DNA of 24,770 bases from Candidatus Limnocylindrales bacterium (GTDB lineage: Bacteria > Chloroflexota > Limnocylindria > Limnocylindrales > CSP1-4): the NCBI GenBank assembly GCA_036402715.1, contig DASWSI010000021.1, positions 1 to 24,770 on the forward strand, read 5' to 3'. Numbering within the stretch: position 1 is the first letter of the stretch; each line of letters starts with the position of its first letter. Below are positions 17,237 to 24,770 of the stretch, in pieces. The position numbers were made by a program, and so were the translations under genes. Below the pieces are notes generated by a model. It ran no database searches, was not told the origin of the DNA, and worked only from the letters and a program-made list of their open reading frames with translations.

Positions 17237-18681
17237 CAGCGGCGCCCCACGCCGGCGGGTGTCGTTCGAAGCCCGGCGCCACGGCCATCGGACCCGGAGC
17301 GCGCGTCGGCTCCGACCGGGGACCGGCCGATGGCGTCCTCGAGCGCCGCGGCGAATCGCGAGATCTCCTCGGCGGTGGTCACCTCCGTCGCGCAGACGAG
17401 GAGCGCATCGGCGAGCGCCGGGTCGTCCGGCTCGATGTCCGCCAGCACGAGCCCGCCGAGGACACCGAGCCCGAGGAGGCGGCGGTGAACGGCTCGGGCG
17501 TCCGGAACGCGCACGGCGAACTCATTGAGGTACGGCCCAGGGTGCAGCCGCGGCGCACCGACGGCCGCAAGCGCCGCCTCCAGCTCCGCGGCCCGCACCG
17601 CCCCGAGGGCGGCCACGTCCCGCAGCCCGTGCGGTCCGATCGTCGCGAGGTAGACGCTTGCGGCGAGGGCGAGGAGGGCCTGGTTCGTGCAGATGTTGCT
17701 TGCGGCGCGGTCGCGTCGGATGTCCTGCTCGCGCGCGCGAAGCGTCATCACGTACGCACGCTTGCCGTCGAGGTCCGTCGTCATCCCGACGAGCCGGCCC
17801 GGGATCTGCCGGACGAGCGCCTCCGTGCAGGCGAGAAGCCCCAGGTACGGCCCGCCGTACTGCGGCGCGATCCCGAGCGGCTGACCCTCGCCCGCGGCGA
17901 TGTCCGCCCCGTACGCGCCCGGGGGCGCGAGGACCGCGAGCGACACGGGCTCGACGACGGCCACGAACAGTGCGCCCGCCGCGTGCGCGAGCTCGCCGAT
18001 CTGCGCCATCGGCTCGAGGAGCCCGTAGAAGTTCGGCTGGGCCGCGAGGACGCCCGCGACGGGGCGCTCAGGGTCGGCGAGGAGCCGCTCGAGCGCGGCG
18101 AGATCGACCGTCCCCGCCGCGTCTCCGTCCGGGACCACCGGGACCTCGTCGAACTCGAGTCCCGCCTCGAAGTACGTCGCGAGCGTCTGGCGGTAGTGCG
18201 GATGGACGGCGTGGGACACGAGGACGCGCTTCCGACGGGTCTGGCGGCAGGCCATCAGCGCAGCCTCGGCGGTCGCGGCGGCGCCGTCGTAGTGCGACGC
18301 CGAGACGACGTCGAGCCCGGTGAGCTCGGCGATCAGCGACTCGTACTCGTAGATGCTCTGGAGCGTCCCCTGGCTGACCTCCGGCTGGTACGGCGTGTAG
18401 GCCGTGTACCACTCGCCGCGGAGCAGGATCTGGTCGACCGCAGCGGGGGTCCAGTGGCGGTACACCCCCGCCCCGAGGAACGCGGCGAGATCCGTCCGGT
18501 TGCGGCCCGCCAGCGCCGCGAGCCGTGCCGAGAGCTCGAGCTCCGGCTCGGGGGCCGGCAGCCGCAGCCCCGTGGCGCGGAGCGCCGCCGGGATGTCGGA
18601 GAAGAGCTCGTCGACGGCATCGATGCCGAGCGCCGCGAGCATCTTCGCCCGGTCGGCCTCGGTATGCGGTCCGTACGGCAC
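17236..18681 (-). CDS. gcvPA: Glycine dehydrogenase (decarboxylating) subunit 1, P-protein alpha
   Basis: MPYGPHT, FLGAGVY, YTAYTPYQPEVSQGTLQSIYEY, NASxYDG-like SASHYDGAAA, GEGQPLG...GGPYLG, TLRAREQDIRRDRAASNICTNQAL; 481 aa. Confidence 0.97.
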   Translation of the reverse strand: MPYGPHTEADRAKMLAALGIDAVDELFSDIPAALRATGLRLPAPEPELELSARLAALAGRNRTDLAAFLGAGVYRHWTPAAVDQILLRGEWYTAYTPYQPEVSQGTLQSIYEYESLIAELTGLDVVSASHYDGAAATAEAALMACRQTRRKRVLVSHAVHPHYRQTLATYFEAGLEFDEVPVVPDGDAAGTVDLAALERLLADPERPVAGVLAAQPNFYGLLEPMAQIGELAHAAGALFVAVVEPVSLAVLAPPGAYGADIAAGEGQPLGIAPQYGGPYLGLLACTEALVRQIPGRLVGMTTDLDGKRAYVMTLRAREQDIRRDRAASNICTNQALLALAASVYLATIGPHGLRDVAALGAVRAAELEAALAAVGAPRLHPGPYLNEFAVRVPDARAVHRRLLGLGVLGGLVLADIEPDDPALADALLVCATEVTTAEEISRFAAALEDAIGRSPVGADARSGSDGRGAGLRTTPAGVGRR

Positions 18682-18685
18682 GCCG

Positions 18686-19066
18686 TCAGCCTTCGGCGGT
18701 CAGCTTCGTGTACGCGTCCGCGTCCAGCAGGTCGTCGAGCTGGCCGCGGTCGCCGATCCGGATCCGGAGCATCCAGCCGGCGGCATACGGCTCCGCGTTG
18801 ACGAGCTCGGGCTCCGCGGTCAGGGCCGCGTTCGCCTCGAGGACCTCGCCCGACAGTGGCGCGAACAGGTCGCTCACCGCCTTGACGGACTCGACGACGC
18901 CGAAGGTCGCGAACTGGTCGATGGACCTGCCGGCCGGGGGCAGCTCGACGAAGACGATGTCACCGAGCTGCGCCGCCGCGTAATCCGTGATCCCGATCGT
19001 CGCCTCGTCGCCCGCGACGCGGACCCATTCGTGGTCCTTCGTGAAGCGGAGATCGGCTGGGACCAT
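18686..19066 (-). CDS. gcvH: Glycine cleavage system H protein (lipoyl carrier)
   Basis: FTKDHEW, IGITDYAAAQLGDIVFVELP, GVVESVKAVSDLFAPLSG (lipoyl lysine), NAEPYAAGW; SD GAGGAGG; 126 aa. Confidence 0.98.
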   Translation of the reverse strand: MVPADLRFTKDHEWVRVAGDEATIGITDYAAAQLGDIVFVELPPAGRSIDQFATFGVVESVKAVSDLFAPLSGEVLEANAALTAEPELVNAEPYAAGWMLRIRIGDRGQLDDLLDADAYTKLTAEG

Positions 19067-19148
19067 TCGGTCGGTTCCTCCTCGGCCGGCCGCGGCCGGG
19101 GGCTTGTGGATCGATCCGGGGCAGCGGCGCGACGCCGGTTGGACGGCG

Positions 19149-20264
19149 TCAGCGGGGACGGCGGTAGAACGGCAACGGAACGACCTCGGCCGGGACTCGC
19201 TGCTCGCGGATCTCGACCTCGACTATCGTACCCGGCTCCGCATCGCCCGGAGCGACGTACGCCATCGCGATCGCCGCGCCGAGGGACGGTGATTGCGTCC
19301 CGCTCGTCACGACGCCGGTCCGCCGGTCCGCGGCCCAGACGGGGTAGCCGTGGCGGGCGATCCCGCGGCCGCGCACGGTGAGCCCCACGAGCCGCTTCGC
19401 GGGGCCGTCGCGGGCGACGCGCTCGAGGGCGCCGCGGCCGACGAAGTCCCCGCCCTTGTCCAGCTTGACGACGCGCCCCAGGCCGGCCTCGAACGGGTTC
19501 GTGTCGCGGTCGAGCTCGTTGCCATAGAGCGGCATCCCGGCCTCGAGGCGGAGCGTGTCCCGGGCACCGAGCCCGCAGGCGATCATCCCGGCCTTCCGAC
19601 CCGCGGTCGCGAGCGCATCCCAGAGCTGCGGCGCCGCGTCCCAGTCGACGAAGACCTCGAAGCCGTCCTCGCCGGTGTACCCCGTCCGCGCGACGAGGGC
19701 CGGGATGCCGGCGACGCGGCCCTCCGCGATCGCGTAGTACTTGAGCGCCGCGACGTCGATGTCCGTGGACGGCGCGAGGATCGACGCGGCGAGCGGCCCC
19801 TGGACGGCGCACAGCCCCGTCGCCAGCGACCGGTCGTCGAGGACCGCCGTGAAGCCTTCGAGCCGCTCCGCGAGCCGATCGCTCACGACCTGGGCATTGC
19901 CCGCGTTGGCGACCACGAGGAACCGCTCATCGCCGAGGCGATAGACGATGAGGTCGTCGATGATTCCGCCGTCCGGGGCGCAGATCATCGAGTAGTGCGC
20001 GCGTCCGATGGCGAGCGTCGGCGGGTCCGAGACGAGCGCCGCCGCGAGCGCCGCGCCGGCGTCCGGGCCTTCGACGAAGAGCTCGCCCATGTGCGACAGG
20101 TCGAAGAGGCCCGCTCGCTGCCGGACGGCCCGATGCTCCTCGAGGATGCCGGTGTACTGGACCGGCATCAGCCAGCCACCGAACTCGATGAGCTTCGCGC
20201 CGAGGGTCCGGTGCCGCTCGACGAGTGGCGTGACGTGGAGCTGCGGCTCCGCGATCTCGGTCAC
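19149..20264 (-). CDS. gcvT: Glycine cleavage system aminomethyltransferase T
   Basis: TPL...H...GAKLIEFGGWLMPVQY, EHRAVRQRAGLFDLSHMGE, GGIIDDLIVYR, ARTGYTGEDGFE, GLGARDTLRLEAGMPLYGNE, VTSGTQSPSLG. GTG at 20264, 1 nt after the NUDIX stop; 371 aa. Confidence 0.97.
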   Translation of the reverse strand: MTEIAEPQLHVTPLVERHRTLGAKLIEFGGWLMPVQYTGILEEHRAVRQRAGLFDLSHMGELFVEGPDAGAALAAALVSDPPTLAIGRAHYSMICAPDGGIIDDLIVYRLGDERFLVVANAGNAQVVSDRLAERLEGFTAVLDDRSLATGLCAVQGPLAASILAPSTDIDVAALKYYAIAEGRVAGIPALVARTGYTGEDGFEVFVDWDAAPQLWDALATAGRKAGMIACGLGARDTLRLEAGMPLYGNELDRDTNPFEAGLGRVVKLDKGGDFVGRGALERVARDGPAKRLVGLTVRGRGIARHGYPVWAADRRTGVVTSGTQSPSLGAAIAMAYVAPGDAEPGTIVEVEIREQRVPAEVVPLPFYRRPR

Positions 20265-20265
20265 G

Positions 20266-20781
20266 TCAGTGCCGCGCCTCGCCCGCGACCGCCGCGTCGG
20301 CCGCGGCATCGCCCGTCACGTTCGCGGGCGCAGCCCGATCGCCGCCGACCGCGAGCTCGATGGCCGTCCTGGCGACGAGCGCTCGCTCCGTCTCGAACGT
20401 CAGGAGCCCGGGCGCGTCCGTGAAGCTGATCCAGCGAACCTGCTCGAACTCGTGGTCGTGGCGTGCGAGGTCGCCACCGATCGGCTCCATGAGGTAGTAG
20501 TGCACGGTCTTGTGGATTCGGGTGCCGTGCTGGACGAAGCGGTACTGGATCGACTCGAGGGGCTTGATGATCCGGACCTCGAGGCCGCTCTCCTCGGCGA
20601 CTTCGCGGAGTGCCGTTGCCTCGCGCGTCTCACCGGGTTCCGGCGTCCCCTTCGGGAGCGTCCACGTCACCGCGTCACGCTCGCGGCGGCGCATCCCGAC
20701 GACGAGGTGCGGGACCCCGGCTTCGTGCCGGACGACGATCCCGCCGGCGGAAGTGGCGGTCGCGGACCTCAGGCGCGCCAC
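20266..20781 (-). CDS. NUDIX hydrolase
   Basis: Complete NUDIX box GTPEPGETREATALREVAEESGL (G-x5-E-x7-REUxEExGU), preceded by SAGGIV and WTLPKG and followed by HKTVHYYLM. GTG 20781 preferred (171 aa); the track start is 20838. Confidence 0.9.
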   Translation of the reverse strand: MARLRSATATSAGGIVVRHEAGVPHLVVGMRRRERDAVTWTLPKGTPEPGETREATALREVAEESGLEVRIIKPLESIQYRFVQHGTRIHKTVHYYLMEPIGGDLARHDHEFEQVRWISFTDAPGLLTFETERALVARTAIELAVGGDRAAPANVTGDAAADAAVAGEARH

Positions 20782-21092
20782 GGCGCCGACGGGGCGCTCG
20801 AGCGGCGAGGCTGGCCCCCGTGAGCGGAGCGGGCCCACTTCATGTTCACGAGTGGCCTGGGCTGCCCTTCCGTCGAACGGCGCGGTCGCGCGGCACGAAC
20901 GGCCCGCCAGTGGGCGCGAAGGCGAACAAGCGGCCCGAGATCCGCGTTCCGGAGGACCGTCGCCTGACCGGCCGCGGCACTGAACGAATTCGCGGACCGG
21001 AGGCCCAGTCGCCGCTCGCGGGCCCGCGTCGACGGCCGCACGAAACGCGCTGCCGGACGGGCCGCGTACTTCGCGGCGATGCTGTGCTCCAT
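20769..21092 (-). CDS. Small Arg-rich hypothetical protein, possibly leaderless
   Basis: 107 aa from ATG 21092 (MEHSIAAKY...APWRA). Fills the gap between the DUF2520 and NUDIX genes, starts 8 nt after a -10 box, about 80% GC3 by hand count, and its stop overlaps the NUDIX start region. No homolog recognised. Confidence 0.45.
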   Translation of the reverse strand: MEHSIAAKYAARPAARFVRPSTRARERRLGLRSANSFSAAAGQATVLRNADLGPLVRLRAHWRAVRAARPRRSTEGQPRPLVNMKWARSAHGGQPRRSSAPSAPWRA

Positions 21093-21100
21093 GGGCGGCA

Positions 21101-21128
21101 ATGGTACTGCCTCAGCCCCCTGTTGCAA
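21101..21128 (-). promoter_or_regulatory. Putative sigma70/sigmaA promoter for the small ORF-NUDIX-gcv operon
   Basis: Minus strand TTGCAA (21128-21123), 16-nt spacer, TACCAT (21106-21101). The -35 lies in the last codons of the DUF2520 gene, which are atypically AT-rich (TTA CTT GCA ACA). Confidence 0.65.
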
Positions 21129-22161
21129 GTAACGATCGCATTGCGCGGGCAGCCTCCGGTGTCAGCGAGCGCCGCGCCTCGGCGAGGTCGATCTCACGCC
21201 TGGCGGCCGCCATGTAGAGCTCGACAACACCCGGCGCGTGGGCCCGAAGCGCGGCGAGGTGTGCCTCGAGCGTGCCGGTGTCGCCCCGGGTGATCGGGCC
21301 CGTCAGGGCGTTCCGGATTCCGAGGGCGCGGGCGTTGCCGAGCGTCTGCTCGAGGAGCGGCCCGTAGATTGCGAGCGAGCCTGCCTCGTCGAGGCCGGCG
21401 ACCCGGCCGAGCTCCGCGATCGCGTCCAGCAGCGCGACGAAGCCGCCGGCCGCGAGCACGGCGGCGGCGTGGTAGGCGCTCTTCGAGCCCGCGGCGAGGC
21501 GAACCGGGTGGGCACCGATCGCCTCCGCCATCTCGGCGAGCATCGCGGCGAGCTGGTCGTCGCCCTCGATCGCGACCGTGGCGCCGTGGAGAGCGGCGAC
21601 CGCCCGCTCCGTGTCGGCGAAGGCGACGAGCGGGTGAAACGCCCCGATCTGCGTCCCCGCCGCCATCGCCCCCGAGAGCACCTCCGCACCGAGCGCGCCG
21701 CTCGTGTGGACGAGCGCCTGGCCGCTGTACAGCCGGAGCCCGCCGGCGACCCGAGGGATCGCATCGTCCGGGACCGCGAGGATCACGAGCTCGACCTCGT
21801 CGAGGAGCGCGGTCGCCTCCGCGAAGCCGCGGGCGCCTTCGACGAGCTGCCGGAACCGCTCGCGCCGGCCCGGGTCGCGGCTCGCGACCGCGGCCACGGG
21901 CCAGCCGGCCCGCGTGAGCGCCACGCCGAGCGCCGTTCCGACGGCACCGGCACCCACGATCCCGACGACCGGTGGCTGGCCCGCTTCGCTCCTCGCGTGG
22001 GGGTGCACGTGCCCGTCCGGATGGACCTCCGTGCCGTGGCGGTGGGACCCTGGGGCCGGCGGATCGAGGTCGATGCCGGCGTCCCGAACGGCCTCGGCGC
22101 GGTCGTCGAGCAGCGCCGCTCGCTCCGCCGCGGCCGCGTCACTCTCGGACCAGGCCCTCAA
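21112..22161 (-). CDS. Rossmann-like and DUF2520 domain protein (putative NAD(P)-dependent oxidoreductase)
   Basis: VGIVGAGAVGTAL (GxGxxG), LAVPDDAI, VHTSGA, FHPL, YHAAAVLA, ALTGPITRGDTGTLEAHL: typical DUF2520-family motifs. Start uncertain; TTG 22161 is the most upstream plausible in-frame start (349 aa). The 844-aa track ORF runs antisense into acnA and is over-extended. Confidence 0.88.
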   Translation of the reverse strand: MRAWSESDAAAAERAALLDDRAEAVRDAGIDLDPPAPGSHRHGTEVHPDGHVHPHARSEAGQPPVVGIVGAGAVGTALGVALTRAGWPVAAVASRDPGRRERFRQLVEGARGFAEATALLDEVELVILAVPDDAIPRVAGGLRLYSGQALVHTSGALGAEVLSGAMAAGTQIGAFHPLVAFADTERAVAALHGATVAIEGDDQLAAMLAEMAEAIGAHPVRLAAGSKSAYHAAAVLAAGGFVALLDAIAELGRVAGLDEAGSLAIYGPLLEQTLGNARALGIRNALTGPITRGDTGTLEAHLAALRAHAPGVVELYMAAARREIDLAEARRSLTPEAARAMRSLLATGG

Positions 22162-22192
22162 CGACCGCCCCGCGGTTCCGCGCGCCCATCGC

Positions 22193-22219
22193 GGTACTCT
22201 TCCACCCCACGAGTGTACC
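22193..22219. promoter_or_regulatory. Inverted repeat GGTACTCT-N11-AGTGTACC containing opposed -10 boxes
   Basis: Plus strand TACTCT (22195-22200) points towards acnA; minus strand TACACT (22217-22212) points towards the DUF2520 gene. Confidence 0.5.
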
Positions 22220-22239
22220 GACAGCGAAGGACGCAGCGC

Positions 22240-24770
22240 GTGCCCGACTTCGACCCATTCGGCGCCCGGGCAAGCCTCGGCGGCGGCCTCCCCGATGTGT
22301 ATCGACTCGACGCGCTGGCCGCGTTCATCGACCTCGACCGCGCGCCCGTGACGCTGCGGATCCTCCTCGAGAACGTCCTCCGGCACGCGGGCGACGGCGC
22401 CGTCCGCCGCGAGGACGTCGAGACGCTGGCCGCGTGGAAGCCCGGCACTGCCGCGGAGGCGGAGGTCCCGTTCATGCCGTCGCGGGTCATCCTCCAGGAC
22501 TTCACCGGCGTTCCGGCGATCGTCGATCTCGCCGCGATGCGGGACGCGATGGCGGACCTGGGCGGTGACGCCGCGCGGGTGAACCCGCTTGTCCCGGCCG
22601 ATCTCGTCATCGACCACTCGGTCCAGGTCGACATGTTCGGGACGCCCGGCTCCTTCGCCTTCAACGTCGAGCGCGAGTACGAGCGGAACGGCGAGCGGTA
22701 CCAGCTGCTCCGCTGGGCGCAGACCGCGTTTCGCGACCTCCGCGTCGTCCCACCCGGCACCGGGATCGTCCATCAGGTCAATCTCGAGTACCTCGCCACG
22801 GTCGTCACGGACCGCGCCGACGAGCGGGGCCGCGTCGCCTTCCCCGACACGGTGGTCGGGACGGACTCCCACACGACGATGGTCAACGGGCTCGGAGTCC
22901 TCGGCTATGGCGTGGGCGGCATCGAAGCGGAGGCCGTCCTCCTCGGTCAGCCTCTCTACCAGCCGATGCCGCGGATCGTCGGCGTGCGGTTGCATGGCGA
23001 GCTGCCGCGCGGCTCGACGGCGACGGATCTCGTCCTCGTCGTGACCGAGATGCTCCGAAGCTACGGGGTCGTCGGCGCGTTCGTCGAGTTCACCGGCGAC
23101 GGCCTCGCGACGCTCGCGCTGGCGGACCGGGCGACGATCAGCAACATGAGCCCGGAGTTCGGGGCCACGAGCACGCTGTTCCCGATCGACGAGGAGACGC
23201 TCGCCTACCTGCGCCTGACCGGCCGGACAGAGGAGCGTGTCGGCCTCGTCGAGCGCTACGCGAAAGAGCAGGGGCTGTGGCGCCGACCCGGGGCCGACCT
23301 CCAGTTCGACGACCTGCTCGAGCTCGATCTCGGTTCGGTCGTCCCCTCCGTCGCGGGTCCACGGCGCCCGCAGGACCGGGTCCCGCTCGACGCCCTCCGC
23401 GAGAACTTCCGGACGAACTTCCCGGACGGCCTGCAGTCGCTCGACGACGAGGGAGTGTCTCGGGTCCGGCCCGAAGGCGGCGTCGTCGAGGACTCGTCCG
23501 CGGACTCGTTCCCGGCCAGCGACCCGCCGGCGTTCGCCGCCGGGGAGTCCGCTTCCGAGCCGGCTCCGCCGATCGCGCCGGACGGCGAGGTGAGCCCGAA
23601 GACAGCGGCCGCGTACCTGCCGGTCCGGGTCCGGGTCGACGGCCACGAGGCCACGATCCGCACGGGGTCTGTCGCGATCGCCGCGATCACGTCGTGCACG
23701 AACACCTCGAACCCCACGGTCATGATTGGTGCCGGACTGCTCGCCCGGAATGCCGTCGCGCGGGGGCTCACGGTCTCGCCGACCGTCAAGACCTCACTCG
23801 CCCCGGGCTCGAAGGCGGTGACCGGGTACCTCGAGGCGGCGGGCCTCATGGCCCCGCTCGAGGCGCTCGGGTTCGCGCTCGCCGGCTACGGCTGCACGAC
23901 GTGCATCGGCAACTCCGGGCCGCTCGACGCCCCGATCGCGGCCGCAGTCGAGGAGAACGATCTCGTCGTCGCCGCGGTCCTGTCCGGCAACCGGAACTTC
24001 GAGGGCCGGATCCACCCCCTCGCGCGGGCGAGCTATCTCGCCTCGCCGCCGCTCGTCGTCGCGTTCGCGCTCGCCGGCCGCGTCGACATCGACCTGACGA
24101 CGGAGCCACTCGGCCGCGACACCGCCGGGCGACCGGTGATGCTGGCGGAGCTATGGCCCAGGCCGGACGAGATCAAGGCGGTCATCCGCGACTCGATCGA
24201 TCCGGAGCTCTTCCGGCGGACGTACGCCGTTGTCTTCGAGGGAGACGACCGCTGGCGCGCGCTGCCGATCCCGGCCGGCGACCGCTACGCCTGGGACCCC
24301 GGTTCGACGTACATCGCCAAGCCGCCGTTCTTCGTCGGGCTCCGACCCGACCCGCCGGCGATCTCGGACATCGCGGGCGCCCGGGTGCTCGCGCTGCTCG
24401 GTGATTCGGTGACCACGGACCACATCTCCCCGGCCGGCTCGATCGCGGCGTCGTCGCCCGCCGGACAGTGGCTCCAGCAGCACGGCATCCCACCGCTCGA
24501 GTTCAACTCGTACGGCGCGCGGCGCGGCCAGCACGAGGTGATGATCCGCGGCACGTTCGCGAACATCCGGCTCCGCAACGCACTCGTCCCCGAGCGCGAG
24601 GGGCCGTGGACCGTTCACCTGCCCGACGGCGAGGAACGGTTCATCTACGACGCGGCCGTCGCATACGCCGCCGAGAACGTCCCGCTCATCGTCATCGCGG
24701 GCCGGGAGTACGGGTCCGGTTCGTCGCGCGACTGGGCGGCAAAGGGTGTTGCGCTCCTCGGCGTCCGGGC
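22240..24770 (+). CDS. acnA: Aconitate hydratase A, 3' end beyond window
   Basis: Not in the ORF track because it has no stop in the window. From GTG 22240 (SD GAAGGA): RILLENVLR, PSRVILQDFTGVPAIVDLAAMRDA, DLVIDHSVQVD, GTGIVHQVNLEY, VGTDSHTTM, IAAITSCTNTSNP and GYGCTTCIGNSG (three Fe-S cysteines), LSGNRNFEGR, DSVTTDHISPAG, GREYGSGSSRDWAAKG. Confidence 0.98.
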   Translation, partial: MPDFDPFGARASLGGGLPDVYRLDALAAFIDLDRAPVTLRILLENVLRHAGDGAVRREDVETLAAWKPGTAAEAEVPFMPSRVILQDFTGVPAIVDLAAMRDAMADLGGDAARVNPLVPADLVIDHSVQVDMFGTPGSFAFNVEREYERNGERYQLLRWAQTAFRDLRVVPPGTGIVHQVNLEYLATVVTDRADERGRVAFPDTVVGTDSHTTMVNGLGVLGYGVGGIEAEAVLLGQPLYQPMPRIVGVRLHGELPRGSTATDLVLVVTEMLRSYGVVGAFVEFTGDGLATLALADRATISNMSPEFGATSTLFPIDEETLAYLRLTGRTEERVGLVERYAKEQGLWRRPGADLQFDDLLELDLGSVVPSVAGPRRPQDRVPLDALRENFRTNFPDGLQSLDDEGVSRVRPEGGVVEDSSADSFPASDPPAFAAGESASEPAPPIAPDGEVSPKTAAAYLPVRVRVDGHEATIRTGSVAIAAITSCTNTSNPTVMIGAGLLARNAVARGLTVSPTVKTSLAPGSKAVTGYLEAAGLMAPLEALGFALAGYGCTTCIGNSGPLDAPIAAAVEENDLVVAAVLSGNRNFEGRIHPLARASYLASPPLVVAFALAGRVDIDLTTEPLGRDTAGRPVMLAELWPRPDEIKAVIRDSIDPELFRRTYAVVFEGDDRWRALPIPAGDRYAWDPGSTYIAKPPFFVGLRPDPPAISDIAGARVLALLGDSVTTDHISPAGSIAASSPAGQWLQQHGIPPLEFNSYGARRGQHEVMIRGTFANIRLRNALVPEREGPWTVHLPDGEERFIYDAAVAYAAENVPLIVIAGREYGSGSSRDWAAKGVALLGVR

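Noticed and set aside
20782-21100. Glycine riboswitch upstream of the gcv genes
   Set aside because: I looked for the GGAGA...CCGAAG...CTCAGG aptamer core here and at the NUDIX-gcvT and gcvT-gcvH junctions and found none. An Infernal search with the Rfam glycine model would settle it.
22162-23646. 844-aa fusion ORF (21112..23646, minus) extending the DUF2520 protein by about 490 aa
   Set aside because: The extension is the antisense shadow of acnA; the recognisable protein begins only after the intergenic region.
698-24618. Many long ORFs antisense or frame-shifted to the real genes (e.g. 698..3205 +, 1750..3795 +, 5113..6873 +, 6515..8422 +, 12242..14164 +, 15608..17488 +, 23277..24404 -)
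   Set aside because: These are shadow ORFs expected in very GC-rich DNA, where stops are scarce on the antisense strand. They have no recognisable motifs, Arg/Pro/Gly-skewed composition, and fully overlap well-supported genes.
1-24770. CRISPR arrays, IS or integrase genes, tRNA/rRNA, defence or toxin-antitoxin genes
   Set aside because: I saw no regularly spaced direct repeats, transposase or recombinase motifs, or RNA-gene signatures. Nearly all of the window is explained by the listed CDSs.

Overview
GC-rich bacterial chromosomal window with no mobile element, CRISPR array, tRNA or rRNA that I can see. A ~22 kb run of minus-strand genes reads, right to left: DUF2520/Rossmann-like oxidoreductase, a small Arg-rich ORF, a NUDIX hydrolase, gcvT-gcvH-gcvPA-gcvPB (glycine cleavage), an ECF sigma factor with a zinc-binding anti-sigma partner, a five-gene Opp-type ABC operon (ABCDF), an orphan lipoprotein, a second Dpp-type ABC operon (ABCDF), and the 5' part of rarA/mgsA. 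acnA (aconitase A, 3'-truncated) diverges on the plus strand. Most proteins remind me of Chloroflexota (Limnocylindria/Ellin6529-like), which is recall rather than a search result. The first ~1.1 kb (rarA and the C-terminus of the last ABC ATPase) instead looks actinomycete-like, so there may be a chimeric junction inside that gene. I cannot support a clearly new multi-gene system. The best leads are that junction, a long structured leader with an anti-SD upstream of oppA, nested promoters at the ECF sigma gene, an orphan lipoprotein coupled to the Opp operon, a possibly leaderless basic ORF and NUDIX gene heading the gcv operon, and face-to-face -10 boxes between the DUF2520 gene and acnA.
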